From a virus, in IMG/VR virus record IMGVR_UViG_3300029122_000022: a DNA stretch of 36,827 nucleotides, one strand, 5' to 3'. Positions 24,369-33,080 of this stretch are shown piece after piece (the first letter of the stretch is position 1; each line of letters begins with the position of its first letter). The translations under genes were made by a program, and so were the position numbers. Under the pieces are notes generated by a model that saw only the letters and a list, made by a program, of their open reading frames with translations, ran no database searches and was not told where the DNA came from.

Positions 24369-26558
24369 TTACTCGGCGAGAGCGGGAACAACGAGTGCGA
24401 CACCCTTTCCGCCTTCACGGGCAACGGTTGCGCCTGCTGACATCCAACCCGAGTACGTGTAGCCGTAGTTGGTCGGGTCCGGCATGACGATCACGTCGAT
24501 CGTTCCGATACCTGCGATGATCTCGTTCTCGACGAACGCAACACCTGCGCCAACCGTGTTCGCGACGGTAACAGCCGGGCTGATAGCCTCGGCGGTGCCG
24601 TCGGCGTCTACGGAGTAGTCGGCGTACATAGCCGGGTCGAGCTCGGGTTTGCCGCTCGTGGTGTTGTAGCGTGCAACGGGGTTACGCGGTCCGATCTTCA
24701 TACCGTTCCACTCGAAGCCCGAGCCAGTTGCACCGGACAGGTTACGCGTGAGGATCGACTGGAAGATTTGGTTAGCCGCCGCCATCGTGTATATCTGCGA
24801 CGGGAGCACAACCTCCACACGACGGTTATTCATGTCGAAGTTCTGCGTGAGGAACGCACCCATGAGGTTGATAAGGTCCGTCGGAACGAGTTTCTTGATG
24901 TTCACTTTCGAGTTCGGGGCCTCGATCGGGAACAGCCCCTGCGACGGTACGCTGTCACCGGACGTGAAAATCTTCGACACACCTGTGGTGTTCGCAGCCA
25001 CCTGGAGGATGAACGTAGCCACCTTCGCCATGAGCGAATCCATAGCGATCGTCCAACCCCACGACTGCTTGTCGTACGCGAGGATGGCAAGCTCCGCGTT
25101 CTGGAACGTCATCGGCTGGATGGAGAACACCTGCCGGGCGATCGTCCGCTTAATGTCCTCGTAGAAGTAGCGAGGAGCGTTGACCGGAGTGACCGAACCA
25201 ACGTACGTTGCGGGATTTACGCCCGACTCAACGTAGATGGCACCCTCGCGGTCCGACATCGGAACGAAACGTACGGAGCGCATGAACGTGTTGTCCGGGA
25301 GCAGCTTCTCGTAGAAGAGCGACAGCCACTTGATGACACCGAGGTCAGCAGCAGCCAGCGTGTTGGCGGCTGCACCGCCAGCGGCGCACTCGACGAGAAC
25401 GCGAAGTCCGTTTTTACGTTCGTGGGTCACCCCGTCGGTGAAGTTCGTCGCCGAAGCGAGCGTTACCATACGCTCGTCGTTCAGCATCGAGCAGGTGAGC
25501 ATACGCACCGTTTCGGTGTTCTCTGTGGTTTTGTCTGCGGCCGTAGCGCCAGTACGGAACGCCGCGCCGAGCTGGTGCAAACGCTTCTGAAAATCAGCGT
25601 CGCAATTCAACTCTCTGAAAGTCTTTTCCATGTTGATGGGTTTTGTTTGGTTAAGAATCTGTTGTTCGTGCCACGTCATACCGTTAGGCAGTCGGCGTCC
25701 GTGTTTTTGTGCGTCGTCATCGTCGTCTCCGTCCTCGACACCCGCGTTAACAGGTCTCGGTTCCGGATCGCTGTTCGGTTCCGGGTCGCTGTTCGGTTCC
25801 GGGTCGCTGTTCGGTTCCGGATCGTTGTTCGGTTCCGGATCGTTGTTCGGTTCCGGATCGCTGTTCGGTTCCGGATCGCTGTTCGGTTCCGGATCGCTGT
25901 TCGGTTCCGGGTCGCTGTTCGGTTCCGGGTCGCTGTTCGGTTCCGGGTCGCTGTTCGGTTCCGGATCGTTGTTCGGTTCCGGATCGCTGTTCGGTTCCGG
26001 ATCGCTGTTCGGTTCCGGATCGGACTCTTCGAGACTGGCTTCGATACGTTTGTATTCTGTCTCGGAGAATCCCATCGTAAGGTAACGTACCTCGCAACCG
26101 TCTTTGCGCATACCTTCTACGATCTCACGATCAGCTTCCGACTCTACGTCACGATCCTCGATCGGTCGACATTCGATGTTGGCAGGCTGTGCCACGAGCG
26201 AAACCTCCATTGCGAGGTACGTGTCCGCGACGAAAACTCCATCTTCGTTCTCGTTACCGAGCGCGAATCCGCCGATTGATACGTAACGGAGGATCCCCTG
26301 TTCGTACTTCTCGAACGCGATGTCAGCGTCTTCGAATCGCTCCATAAAAGCGAGACGGCCAACGAACGCGTCTCCGATACGTTCTCGTTCGATAACTTTG
26401 CCGACGGCCACACCTCTGTGCCCCTCGTGCTCTCGGTCGTAGCGCAGCAACGGGTTAGCGTCGAAACGCGACCAGTCGATAGCGTCCGGCGGTATAACGT
26501 TGCGGTTCATGTCGACAGCGCCCGTGGTGAGGACCTGTCTTTTCTTTGATACCCTCAT
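24369..26558 (-). CDS. Prohead protease (S78/HK97-type) - acidic repeat linker - HK97-fold major capsid protein fusion (729 aa)
   Basis: N-terminal protease motifs: LRYDREHEGH, YVSIGGF, MEVSLVAQPANIE. The middle holds 15 xDPEPN hexapeptides. The C-terminal ~420 aa has the size and character of an HK97-type capsid protein and lies at the capsid position. Confidence 0.75.
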   Translation of the reverse strand: MRVSKKRQVLTTGAVDMNRNVIPPDAIDWSRFDANPLLRYDREHEGHRGVAVGKVIERERIGDAFVGRLAFMERFEDADIAFEKYEQGILRYVSIGGFALGNENEDGVFVADTYLAMEVSLVAQPANIECRPIEDRDVESEADREIVEGMRKDGCEVRYLTMGFSETEYKRIEASLEESDPEPNSDPEPNSDPEPNNDPEPNSDPEPNSDPEPNSDPEPNSDPEPNSDPEPNSDPEPNNDPEPNNDPEPNSDPEPNSDPEPNSDPEPRPVNAGVEDGDDDDDAQKHGRRLPNGMTWHEQQILNQTKPINMEKTFRELNCDADFQKRLHQLGAAFRTGATAADKTTENTETVRMLTCSMLNDERMVTLASATNFTDGVTHERKNGLRVLVECAAGGAAANTLAAADLGVIKWLSLFYEKLLPDNTFMRSVRFVPMSDREGAIYVESGVNPATYVGSVTPVNAPRYFYEDIKRTIARQVFSIQPMTFQNAELAILAYDKQSWGWTIAMDSLMAKVATFILQVAANTTGVSKIFTSGDSVPSQGLFPIEAPNSKVNIKKLVPTDLINLMGAFLTQNFDMNNRRVEVVLPSQIYTMAAANQIFQSILTRNLSGATGSGFEWNGMKIGPRNPVARYNTTSGKPELDPAMYADYSVDADGTAEAISPAVTVANTVGAGVAFVENEIIAGIGTIDVIVMPDPTNYGYTYSGWMSAGATVAREGGKGVALVVPALAE
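25759..26022 (-). repeat. 18-bp tandem repeat, 14 full units plus partial ends (GGTTCCGGRTCGYTGTTC), in-frame (S/N)DPEPN
   Basis: Counted unit by unit. There are three sequence variants (A..CT, G..CT, A..TT) arranged in blocks. Confidence 0.95.
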
Positions 26559-27094
26559 GAGTTCTCGTATTTGATTACAATGTTTTCGAGCATAGCTTCG
26601 AGTTTATTTTTGTCTTTCGGGTCAAAACTTACAGACCCCTTGTAGCTTACTTTGTGCACGTCGACCAAAACGGACTCTGCTCCACGCGTTCCGTACGTTG
26701 TGTCTGTCGGCAGATTAACGAACTGCAAATTGAGATCGTGTTGCCGCTTAACCTCGTCGAGTACGTCAGTCTGTTCGATACAACGTACAACATCCTCGGA
26801 TAAGTCAAGTAGCTCCGCCTGTTTGCCTCCGTCCGGCGAGTACGAGTAGTTCGTTACAGGCAGCAGAACGTACATGAAGAGATTAAAATAGAAACGTATT
26901 CCACCTCCAAACGATATGCCACCTTCATCCTCCGGGTCGTCTGTACCTATTACGTGTATCACGATAGCAGGTAAAGGTGTGTCAACCACTACGGTTGTAC
27001 CTTCCGCAGCCCGGGTCGGAAATATGTTTGCCTGCCTCAACGCTGGCCACTGTCTCAACGCCGCGGCTACTGCGGCTCCTAAATATCCTACCAT
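26555..27094 (-). CDS. Hypothetical head/neck protein (possibly DUF3168-like head-tail joining)
   Basis: 179 aa with ATGA coupling to the protease-capsid gene. The N-terminal pattern is only loosely reminiscent of tail-terminator/DUF3168 proteins. Confidence 0.4.
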   Translation of the reverse strand: MVGYLGAAVAAALRQWPALRQANIFPTRAAEGTTVVVDTPLPAIVIHVIGTDDPEDEGGISFGGGIRFYFNLFMYVLLPVTNYSYSPDGGKQAELLDLSEDVVRCIEQTDVLDEVKRQHDLNLQFVNLPTDTTYGTRGAESVLVDVHKVSYKGSVSFDPKDKNKLEAMLENIVIKYENS

Positions 27095-27096
27095 CT

Positions 27097-27651
27097 TTAC
27101 GTATTAAGCCATCCGTACGACTTCATTCTTTGTTTCAAAAGCCTCGATGGGGAGTTCAAAACGTACTTACTCGGACGCATGAACGGTCTCGCCTTGGGCT
27201 TCACACCTAAATGAACTCGCGTACCTTTTTGGGAGAGGGGTGGCCGGATGGTAGCTTTGTATCTACCAACCGGGCCTTGCCCCGTATTTTGTATCTCTGC
27301 ATACTCCACGTCGTTGTAGAGCGCGACGATGCCGTGCCTCCCATACATTCCGTACGTAGTTTTCAAACCGCGTAACAGTCGCCCTGTTCGGTGTAACTTC
27401 TTATACCGTAGAACCGACTCTGCGTTTTCAAGTACGTTCGTTCTTACTTTGTAATACTTACTGTGTCCCTTTGACCTCTGAACAATACCACGTCGATCGG
27501 CCCATTTTTTACCTGTCGACGGGTCTGTTTCGCTTAAAAATGCGTTTTGTGAAGTCCACAACCACGTTTGCGACACTTCTTTTAGCATTCCCTTTTTGAG
27601 GTAGCGAGCCAGGTCGTTTGTCTCTCTCACTAACGTTTTGAGCGTTTTCAT
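27097..27651 (-). CDS. Virion morphogenesis protein (HK97 gp10 / Mu gpG-like?)
   Basis: Motifs LHRTGRLLRGL...YAEIQNTG...ARPFMRPS resemble gp10-family head-tail joining proteins. The start overlaps the portal ORF by 143 nt and is uncertain. Confidence 0.4.
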   Translation of the reverse strand: MKTLKTLVRETNDLARYLKKGMLKEVSQTWLWTSQNAFLSETDPSTGKKWADRRGIVQRSKGHSKYYKVRTNVLENAESVLRYKKLHRTGRLLRGLKTTYGMYGRHGIVALYNDVEYAEIQNTGQGPVGRYKATIRPPLSQKGTRVHLGVKPKARPFMRPSKYVLNSPSRLLKQRMKSYGWLNT

Positions 27652-28828
27652 AGCCTGTAACGTCGTCCGGATCGAGACCCGTTTTGAGGATAAAATCCCT
27701 CGTAGCCCCGAGGCCGAGCTCTTTAATCATTTTAACGTACGCTTCAACGTCACCGATGTCGATGTAGCTGAGCGGTTTTACCTTGAACGTACAGTTCTCG
27801 ATGTCCGGCTCGTCGAAAATGTACGCGAGTTTGATCTTATTCTCGCGCAAGTTCAACCAGTCTTGAACGTCGATAGCGTCGCTCTCCTGTATGTCACGGA
27901 ACAACTTCAAGTGAGCCCGCACTAAACGTTCAGAGTTCGTGTTCTTTTCGCTCATTCCCAGCAACGACGAACCAAGAACGAGCTGCATGATCGAGCCGCG
28001 AAGCTGTTCGATGTTCTCTTTGAAGATACGGAACGTGTCCGCAGCCGTACCTGTGCCTACGTTCTCCAATTCAAGGTCCTTTACAACCTTACCGGAGATT
28101 TCGTCGGTGGATTTTCCGGAAATGATTACGGTTCCGAGACCGATCTGCGCGGCGCTTTGCTCGGCGGCCTGCTGCATCTTTTCGTCTCCGTTCTCGTAAT
28201 ACATGACAGACTGCTGGTACGCTTGATACTGCGAAGCGGTCTGCCAGTTGTTCTGCGCATTCATTAAGTTAATGTAGTCGCGGCAGATAGGTTCGAGGAG
28301 TCCCAACGTGTCCTCCGACTTGTACGACGTCTGCATCCAAAACAGGTTCACGTGGTTTTTCACGAGAAAAACGTCCTGTATGTCGTACGTCATCTTACGT
28401 ACAGCTCGGTTCACTGTGTCGAGGTTTCGAAGCGGGTAGATGAACGTTTCACCGTTCCTGTCCACGCCTATCACACGAGCGTACGTGAAGTTCGCCAAAC
28501 CTCTTTGGTAAATCAAGTCCCGCATAGTGGGCGAGTTGGCCAATTTGTCGGTCAGATCGGTGCGCTCTTTGCCGTTTACGTAAACGGCAAACGTACGGGA
28601 TCGTAACGGCCTCAAACGTTTGTCGATAGCCGACCGTATGATCGTGCTACTCTTCATCACGTACGAGTAGAGTGCGTCGAGACCTACGTAATCGGAGTAC
28701 AGTCGGGCCCTCTGAACAGCGCTCCACCACGTAGCCATCGTGAGCTCGAACGCGTAGTTCTGCGGTAGAGCTTGAATCTTGGCCCCCGTAGCACCAAAGT
28801 AGTTGAGTATGTTGTACGGGTTTTTCAT
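27509..28828 (-). CDS. Portal protein
   Basis: 439 aa in the head module between the terminase and the protease-capsid gene. Called on size and position; no motif-level proof. Confidence 0.55.
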   Translation of the reverse strand: MKNPYNILNYFGATGAKIQALPQNYAFELTMATWWSAVQRARLYSDYVGLDALYSYVMKSSTIIRSAIDKRLRPLRSRTFAVYVNGKERTDLTDKLANSPTMRDLIYQRGLANFTYARVIGVDRNGETFIYPLRNLDTVNRAVRKMTYDIQDVFLVKNHVNLFWMQTSYKSEDTLGLLEPICRDYINLMNAQNNWQTASQYQAYQQSVMYYENGDEKMQQAAEQSAAQIGLGTVIISGKSTDEISGKVVKDLELENVGTGTAADTFRIFKENIEQLRGSIMQLVLGSSLLGMSEKNTNSERLVRAHLKLFRDIQESDAIDVQDWLNLRENKIKLAYIFDEPDIENCTFKVKPLSYIDIGDVEAYVKMIKELGLGATRDFILKTGLDPDDVTGYENAQNVSERDKRPGSLPQKGNAKRSVANVVVDFTKRIFKRNRPVDR

Positions 28829-29400
28829 GGTTTAGCTCCTGTTTTCTGTAACTTAACGACGGTAGCACGTACGTTCGGGTCGGCGACGATTCCATCTTTA
28901 CCCATGTTACGGCTACCCGCTTTCAGACCTCTTAACAGCGTCTGAAGCTGTCGGTTATGGAGTTCGATCACCTCGGAATATTGCGGTGACGATGCGAGTA
29001 CGTACGTTACCGTACTAATTGCAAGCGCCAAACGCAGCGTCAAAGCGGTAGACGTTGTAGATTCCGAAGATAACATAGCGTCCACGTCGAACATATTACC
29101 AATGTACGATTGAACGTACGCGAGAGCGCTTTGATACGCCGTCGCGACGGCGTCCGGGTACATACTCTCGATGTTCTCCAACTGCGAAGGTTGGATAAAC
29201 TGGTACAACTGTTCGCGTGGAAACGCCATGTCCTTCGGCTGCCATTTGTCCGCCACCATACCGTACTCGACCATAGACGCGTAGATGCGAACCTGCTGCA
29301 AAGCGAGCTCGCGGGTCGACGCTTCGGCAGAGTATGTGTAGAGGACCTCATCTCCGGACGGATCGACTACGGTTTTCTGTGCAGTAGCTACAAATGACAT
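28825..29400 (-). CDS. Hypothetical head protein (DUF1320 / gp36-like connector?)
   Basis: ATGA coupling to the portal gene. The pattern AYQSALAYVQSYIG...LALAISTVTYVL...LLRGLKAG is loosely DUF1320-like. Confidence 0.35.
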   Translation of the reverse strand: MSFVATAQKTVVDPSGDEVLYTYSAEASTRELALQQVRIYASMVEYGMVADKWQPKDMAFPREQLYQFIQPSQLENIESMYPDAVATAYQSALAYVQSYIGNMFDVDAMLSSESTTSTALTLRLALAISTVTYVLASSPQYSEVIELHNRQLQTLLRGLKAGSRNMGKDGIVADPNVRATVVKLQKTGAKP

Positions 29401-29406
29401 AACGTA

Positions 29407-30162
29407 TTACGGTATAGTTTTTTCGTCGGCAACGGGCGGCTCCTCCAACGTAGCTTGCGAATCGCCGGACGTATTCGGGTCTTCCGCTGCGCCGATGTTC
29501 GTTCTCGCTTGAAGTTTCTGTGCGGCGGTGAGGGTTTGGGCGGCGAATTTAACAGCAGTATCGTCAACAATCTTATATGCTACTGGAGCTGAAATCGATC
29601 TTTCTGACTCCGTAACAGACCAAAGCGTGTTCACGTACCTCAAAGAGCACCATACCCCCGCCGTTTTGGGGCCTCGTTGAAACGGAATTACTCCATTTGT
29701 AGTAGGGAGTATCAGTATGGTTGCTGCCGATAGCTTCGTCTTATCCTCTTCCGTCAACGTGTAGGGGAACCTCGTACCCTCGGGGAGGGCAAAGAACAGA
29801 CCCGAAACGTCGAGACCGGGGACGAGTTTTTCAGACGTTACGGCGCCATCGGCCAGCATTTCGGTCGTGATAGACCCAGGTGCGATTGCACCGCTGATCT
29901 CCGTAGTCGAAACGATGAGCTGCTTGGTAGCTTTGGTCACTACCATCTGCTGCTGCGACGATCCGAGGATGCACGAAAACGTTATGCTCTCGTCGTTCTC
30001 CGCGATACGAAAGTAACGACGCTTCGTCGTGCTATCCTCGCCGTCAACCATTTCGACGACATCCGCGTTGAGTACCGCAAAGAACTGGGCGTCGCTCAAC
30101 GTTTTGCCTCCCATATAGTTTTGAAGGCGTACAAGTCCTTCGATATTAAACGCTCGTGTCAT
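29407..30162 (-). CDS. Hypothetical structural protein carrying a fibre-type repeat motif (251 aa from MTRAFNIEG)
   Basis: ATGA coupling at 30159-30162. Contains GSITTEMLADGAVTSEKLVPG, the same 10-aa motif family as the tail fibre. Confidence 0.5.
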   Translation of the reverse strand: MTRAFNIEGLVRLQNYMGGKTLSDAQFFAVLNADVVEMVDGEDSTTKRRYFRIAENDESITFSCILGSSQQQMVVTKATKQLIVSTTEISGAIAPGSITTEMLADGAVTSEKLVPGLDVSGLFFALPEGTRFPYTLTEEDKTKLSAATILILPTTNGVIPFQRGPKTAGVWCSLRYVNTLWSVTESERSISAPVAYKIVDDTAVKFAAQTLTAAQKLQARTNIGAAEDPNTSGDSQATLEEPPVADEKTIP

Positions 30163-30572
30163 TTTTTGTGCTCTATACTGTGTAAATACTCGTCGTCGTT
30201 TTTGTTTTTCCGCTCGAGAACAGGGCACTTCGACGAATCGCCCTTGCAGAACTCGCACTCGTGGGCGCGATTGATCGCGCTTTTATTTTTTGCGTGCTTT
30301 ACTTCGAGTACCTGCTTATCGTTCGAGATAACCGCAATGTAGTTATCCTTTCCGATAATCAACTCCTGCATCGCTTTCAAACGTTTTTCGTAGAACTCCT
30401 GTTGCTGCTGCAACGCGTCTACGGTACTGCGTAGTGACTGGACCTCTTTTTCAACCGCTTCGGCGTTTTTGATGCGTGCTGTTTGCTTACGAAACATGAC
30501 CCACATCACCACCGAGCTACCACCACCGATCACCCCAACGCAAGCAAGGATGATTTGCACCAAATAGTCCAT
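30159..30572 (-). CDS. Type II membrane protein with coiled coil and Cys-rich C-terminus (i-spanin-like or other envelope protein)
   Basis: N-terminal TMD (LVQIILACVGVIGGGSSVVMWVMF), heptad-like region (EKEVQSLRSTVDALQQQQEFYEKRLKAMQ), and C-terminal CEFCKGDSSKC. The ATG at 30572 overlaps the upstream stop. Confidence 0.5.
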   Translation of the reverse strand: MDYLVQIILACVGVIGGGSSVVMWVMFRKQTARIKNAEAVEKEVQSLRSTVDALQQQQEFYEKRLKAMQELIIGKDNYIAVISNDKQVLEVKHAKNKSAINRAHECEFCKGDSSKCPVLERKNKNDDEYLHSIEHKK

Positions 30573-31021
30573 CACTTGAACAGTTTACGTAAATCAAAAA
30601 TTGTTATGCCGAACGCACTCAAAACGAGTACCATAAGTCCGGCCCATCGTATCACCTTATCGTACCACGCTACGTACCTTACTTTTACTTCAATAGGTGT
30701 GGGTACGACGTACGGGATTGAATCGACCGTGTTGATGACCACGACTTTTGTCTCCGCGGCTACCGTTGTGTCCTTGTTACGTAGGTCGAGAGCTAACTGC
30801 CCGCCGGAAACACGTGCTTCTGCTTCGGCGACGCTCGTCTCCGCGCGGGCAATAGTGTCTCTCGTTCTGACAAAGACGCTTTCGCGCTTGATCTTCACCT
30901 GCACAACGGTGTCGCGCTCTGTTTTTGTAACCGTTCTCACGGTCTCTACTGGAACGTACACCGTCTTGGTGCACGCGAAGCTACAAAGCACCAGTAGAAT
31001 CACTACTAACGTCTTGCCCAT
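30572..31021 (-). CDS. Lipoprotein with a C-terminal TMD (unimolecular-spanin-like architecture)
   Basis: Signal peptide plus lipobox-like LVLCSFAC. The middle looks beta-rich, and a C-terminal hydrophobic helix follows (IRWAGLMVLVLSAFGITIF). Confidence 0.45.
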   Translation of the reverse strand: MGKTLVVILLVLCSFACTKTVYVPVETVRTVTKTERDTVVQVKIKRESVFVRTRDTIARAETSVAEAEARVSGGQLALDLRNKDTTVAAETKVVVINTVDSIPYVVPTPIEVKVRYVAWYDKVIRWAGLMVLVLSAFGITIFDLRKLFK

Positions 31022-31083
31022 TTTCCGTTACGCTTATCGTCCACCCGAGGCTTTGCAGCTCCTCTTGAGACATCTGTACGATT

Positions 31084-32511
31084 TTATCCATTTGCCTTAT
31101 CGTGAATATAGGCAGGCTTAACGAAAGCGACCAAACGTGCGTTACGTATGTGCTTCCGCTTCTGCTTACCCTTCATTTTCGTATCGGCCCGCATGATCGC
31201 GTCCGGGATGTCATCATGCACGTTCTTGTTTGCCTTACGTGAGAACTTCAAGATTTGGAACTGGGCCTGCCGGCCTCGCTCCGTGTCTCTGAACGTTTGG
31301 TTAAAGAAAATCATGTCGTTCTCAAACAGCGGCTGCAAGAACGTTTCGATTGCAGCTTTTTTGTCGCCGAACACCCGCGTGTCCCATTGGATCGGTACCG
31401 ACCACCCGGTCATGGACGCGAACTGTACGAGGACTTGATTAAAGTCGCTCGGCACACCTTTTTTCTCCATCCACAGCTCGGTGATGGACTGGTTAGGCGA
31501 TGCGTCCCACAACTGACGTATGTTGTTGAGCAGGTCCAACGTCGATCCGCGGATCATGCGTATGTCGAGAACGTACGTTACGCCTTCAAACAGCCCGCAC
31601 AGAACGCTCGCCTTGTAGTCCGCGTAGATGCTGTGCTCTTTGCCAGTCAGCGGCGTGGGGTCCGTGTAAATTATCAACTTGTCCCAGTCAAACGATCTCG
31701 GAAGGTTATCCGTCCATTGAATACGTTTGAGGATGTCACCACTCTCCGTATCTTGGAATCGTCCTTCGTAGAATCGTTCACGGTTTGCACCGGAGAGCTG
31801 CGACAAGTTTCGTATATACGCTTCGCCGAGGTTCTCCACGTTGTCCTTCGGTTGCATTTCAAGATGCGCGTACCTTGTTATCTCGTCGTCGGACATCGTA
31901 GAACCATCCTCGCGTTTGTGTTCGAAAAAACGACGATACGACCAGTGATTGATCGAAGGAGGGTTTTCCGTCATCATTAACTTATTCAGCACGCCCTTAA
32001 CTTGAAAACGTAATCGAGTAATGAGCAACTCGATGATGTCCCATTCGCATTCGGAAACCTCCTCCACGAGTATGTGGAGCCATGAGGGGGACAGAATCTT
32101 ATCCGATCCACTTTCGGACAGATCACGTTTCGAGAGACCCCCGAAACGTATGTAAGCACCGTTACAAAACGTCAGCTTCGTTTTCTTTTCTCCCCACTGG
32201 GCGAACTTCAACCCGTCGATCTTCCACGTAGTCCAGCTACCGTTATGCCCATTAGCCTCGGCAATCGCTTGGAGGATCGCCGGGATAATTTGGTCGATCA
32301 TACCTTGTTGCAAGTCCACGTACTTGTCACGGCAGATCAACGACGGAGCGCAGTACCGAAGGGTATCACGTACAACTTTGTACGCTTCGACAAACGACTT
32401 TCCCGAACCGGAACCACCGAGCAGCAGCTCGATGTCATGGATCGCGTCGTCGAGTAGATCAACCGCGCGTTCCTGCTTCACGGTCAGTTTGATTTTAGTC
32501 GTTAGTCCCAT
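31084..32511 (-). CDS. terL: Terminase large subunit
   Basis: Walker A LLLGGSGSGKS, Walker B-like HILVEEVSE, and C-terminal nuclease-type acidic motifs (IIYTDPT, NVHDDIPDAIM). Confidence 0.85.
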   Translation of the reverse strand: MGLTTKIKLTVKQERAVDLLDDAIHDIELLLGGSGSGKSFVEAYKVVRDTLRYCAPSLICRDKYVDLQQGMIDQIIPAILQAIAEANGHNGSWTTWKIDGLKFAQWGEKKTKLTFCNGAYIRFGGLSKRDLSESGSDKILSPSWLHILVEEVSECEWDIIELLITRLRFQVKGVLNKLMMTENPPSINHWSYRRFFEHKREDGSTMSDDEITRYAHLEMQPKDNVENLGEAYIRNLSQLSGANRERFYEGRFQDTESGDILKRIQWTDNLPRSFDWDKLIIYTDPTPLTGKEHSIYADYKASVLCGLFEGVTYVLDIRMIRGSTLDLLNNIRQLWDASPNQSITELWMEKKGVPSDFNQVLVQFASMTGWSVPIQWDTRVFGDKKAAIETFLQPLFENDMIFFNQTFRDTERGRQAQFQILKFSRKANKNVHDDIPDAIMRADTKMKGKQKRKHIRNARLVAFVKPAYIHDKANG

Positions 32512-32726
32512 TTCGCATTTGATGTACGTTTCTGTTTGGCCGTATCGTCGTCGGGTGATGCGTCGGGATCGATCTCACCGTCGTAGCCTTCGTAGGCTCT
32601 CCACGTAGCTATCAAGTTTCTCAACGTTGTTAGCTGCGCGTTTACCTCACGCCTTTGTTCCTCGTCTAACGTTCCGGACAGAACGAGACGCGTAAGTTGG
32701 TTCAGTCTGGCTTTGATCTTCTCCAT
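32502..32726 (-). CDS. Small coiled-coil protein, first gene of the late arm (small terminase candidate at best)
   Basis: 74 aa from ATG 32726 (MEKIKARLNQL...). Overlaps the terL start by 10 nt. No recognisable DNA-binding motif. Confidence 0.5.
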   Translation of the reverse strand: MEKIKARLNQLTRLVLSGTLDEEQRREVNAQLTTLRNLIATWRAYEGYDGEIDPDASPDDDTAKQKRTSNAKWD

Positions 32727-32759
32727 GTATGCACTTTTCCTTTGTGTAAATATACGGAA

Positions 32760-32780
32760 TTTTTCGCCGTTTCGTCTGCA
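32760..32780. repeat. Third, partial copy of the control-region direct repeat (TTTTTCGCCGTTTCGTCTGCA)
   Basis: 21 nt identical to 33184-33204, located 34-54 nt from the ATG at 32726. Confidence 0.85.
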
Positions 32781-33080
32781 AACCTGTGAACAAAGCATAC
32801 CTATATTTATATAGGCGGGACGCCGGTTCGTCGATCCGCAGCAGGCCCCAGCCGAACGGGCAGGCGGGTCGGTGTAGAGGCGAGCCGCCCAAACGTTTAT
32901 TAAAAAATTTTATAAACGTAATTTTCCCATTTTAATTTTTTTTCTGCGGCTCGGATGTCGGTATGCGCCGCCGCCCCGTCGCCCTGTTTACCCTCGAAAC
33001 GTCGAATCGACGAAACGTTTTTGCCCGTTTTCGTTACGTTTCGGCGATTCGACTTTTCGACTATACGTCGAATCGGCGGC

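Noticed and set aside
25759-26022. The regular 18-bp repeat array as a possible CRISPR array or satellite.
   Set aside because: The units are contiguous with no spacers, only 18 bp long, and perfectly in frame inside a long ORF, encoding (S/N)DPEPN. No cas genes are present.
24768-26279. A 503-aa plus-strand ORF antisense to the protease-capsid gene. Similar cases: 22606-23673 (+) opposite the sheath gene, 34703-35608 (-) and 34882-35292 (-) opposite the Ala-rich gene, 11149-11664 (-), 3731-4165 (-), and 35979-36637 (-).
   Set aside because: Their products are Arg/Val/Gly-rich and low-complexity, with no motifs. They lie exactly opposite well-supported genes with strong codon structure. These are typical shadow ORFs of GC-rich, RNY-biased coding sequence.
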